Source: Malacoraja senta
Lineage: Eukaryota
Assembly (NCBI GenBank): GCA_038087875.1
Contig: CM075998.1
Coordinates: 6,450,001-6,514,000, forward strand
Reading direction: 5' to 3'
DNA length: 64,000 nt
Of the stretch, positions 63,986-64,000 are shown piece by piece; the first letter of the stretch is position 1, and every line of letters begins with the position of its first letter. The translations under genes and the position numbers were made by a program. Below the pieces are notes generated by a model, which did not search any database, was not told the origin of the DNA, and saw only the letters and a list, made by a program, of their open reading frames with translations.

Positions 63986-64000
63986 AAGATAGTTCAATGG

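Noticed and set aside
1..64000. Many reverse transcriptases as a retron, DGR or group II intron system
   Set aside because: All carry eukaryotic LINE or Gypsy signatures (APE domain, tails, TSDs, LTRs) in spliced-gene context.
54250..64000. Next spryd3 exon (expected YHGNSGEVGCYVA-like)
   Set aside because: Not found by eye in the remaining unique sequence; it probably lies beyond the window.

Overview
Vertebrate nuclear DNA, most likely from a cartilaginous fish (skate/ray-type CR1, V/HE1-like SINE and Penelope pLTR sequences; the taxon is an inference). Most of the window is nested retrotransposon sequence. It contains many CR1 LINEs (two full-length, with an esterase ORF1), a Gypsy LTR element (227-bp LTRs, 4-bp TSD, tRNA-Trp PBS), an apparently full-length L2, a rearranged Rex1/Babar LINE, two L1-type LINEs, Penelope remnants and SINEs. 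The only host gene I can support is spryd3 on the + strand: one coding exon at 54107-54247 that the ORF track misses, and a probable CpG promoter/first exon near 26.65-26.9 kb. Best second-look items: (1) ~90-200 bp hammerhead-ribozyme-bearing Penelope pLTR mini-insertions with 12-14 bp TSDs; (2) a slippery site plus H-type pseudoknot at the Gypsy gag/pol junction; (3) a twin-priming-type inversion in a Rex1/Babar LINE; (4) a structured extra module in one CR1 3' UTR; (5) a 78-bp monomer array at a CR1 5' end. I see no prokaryotic system or CRISPR array. Boundaries were read by eye and may be off by a few bases.
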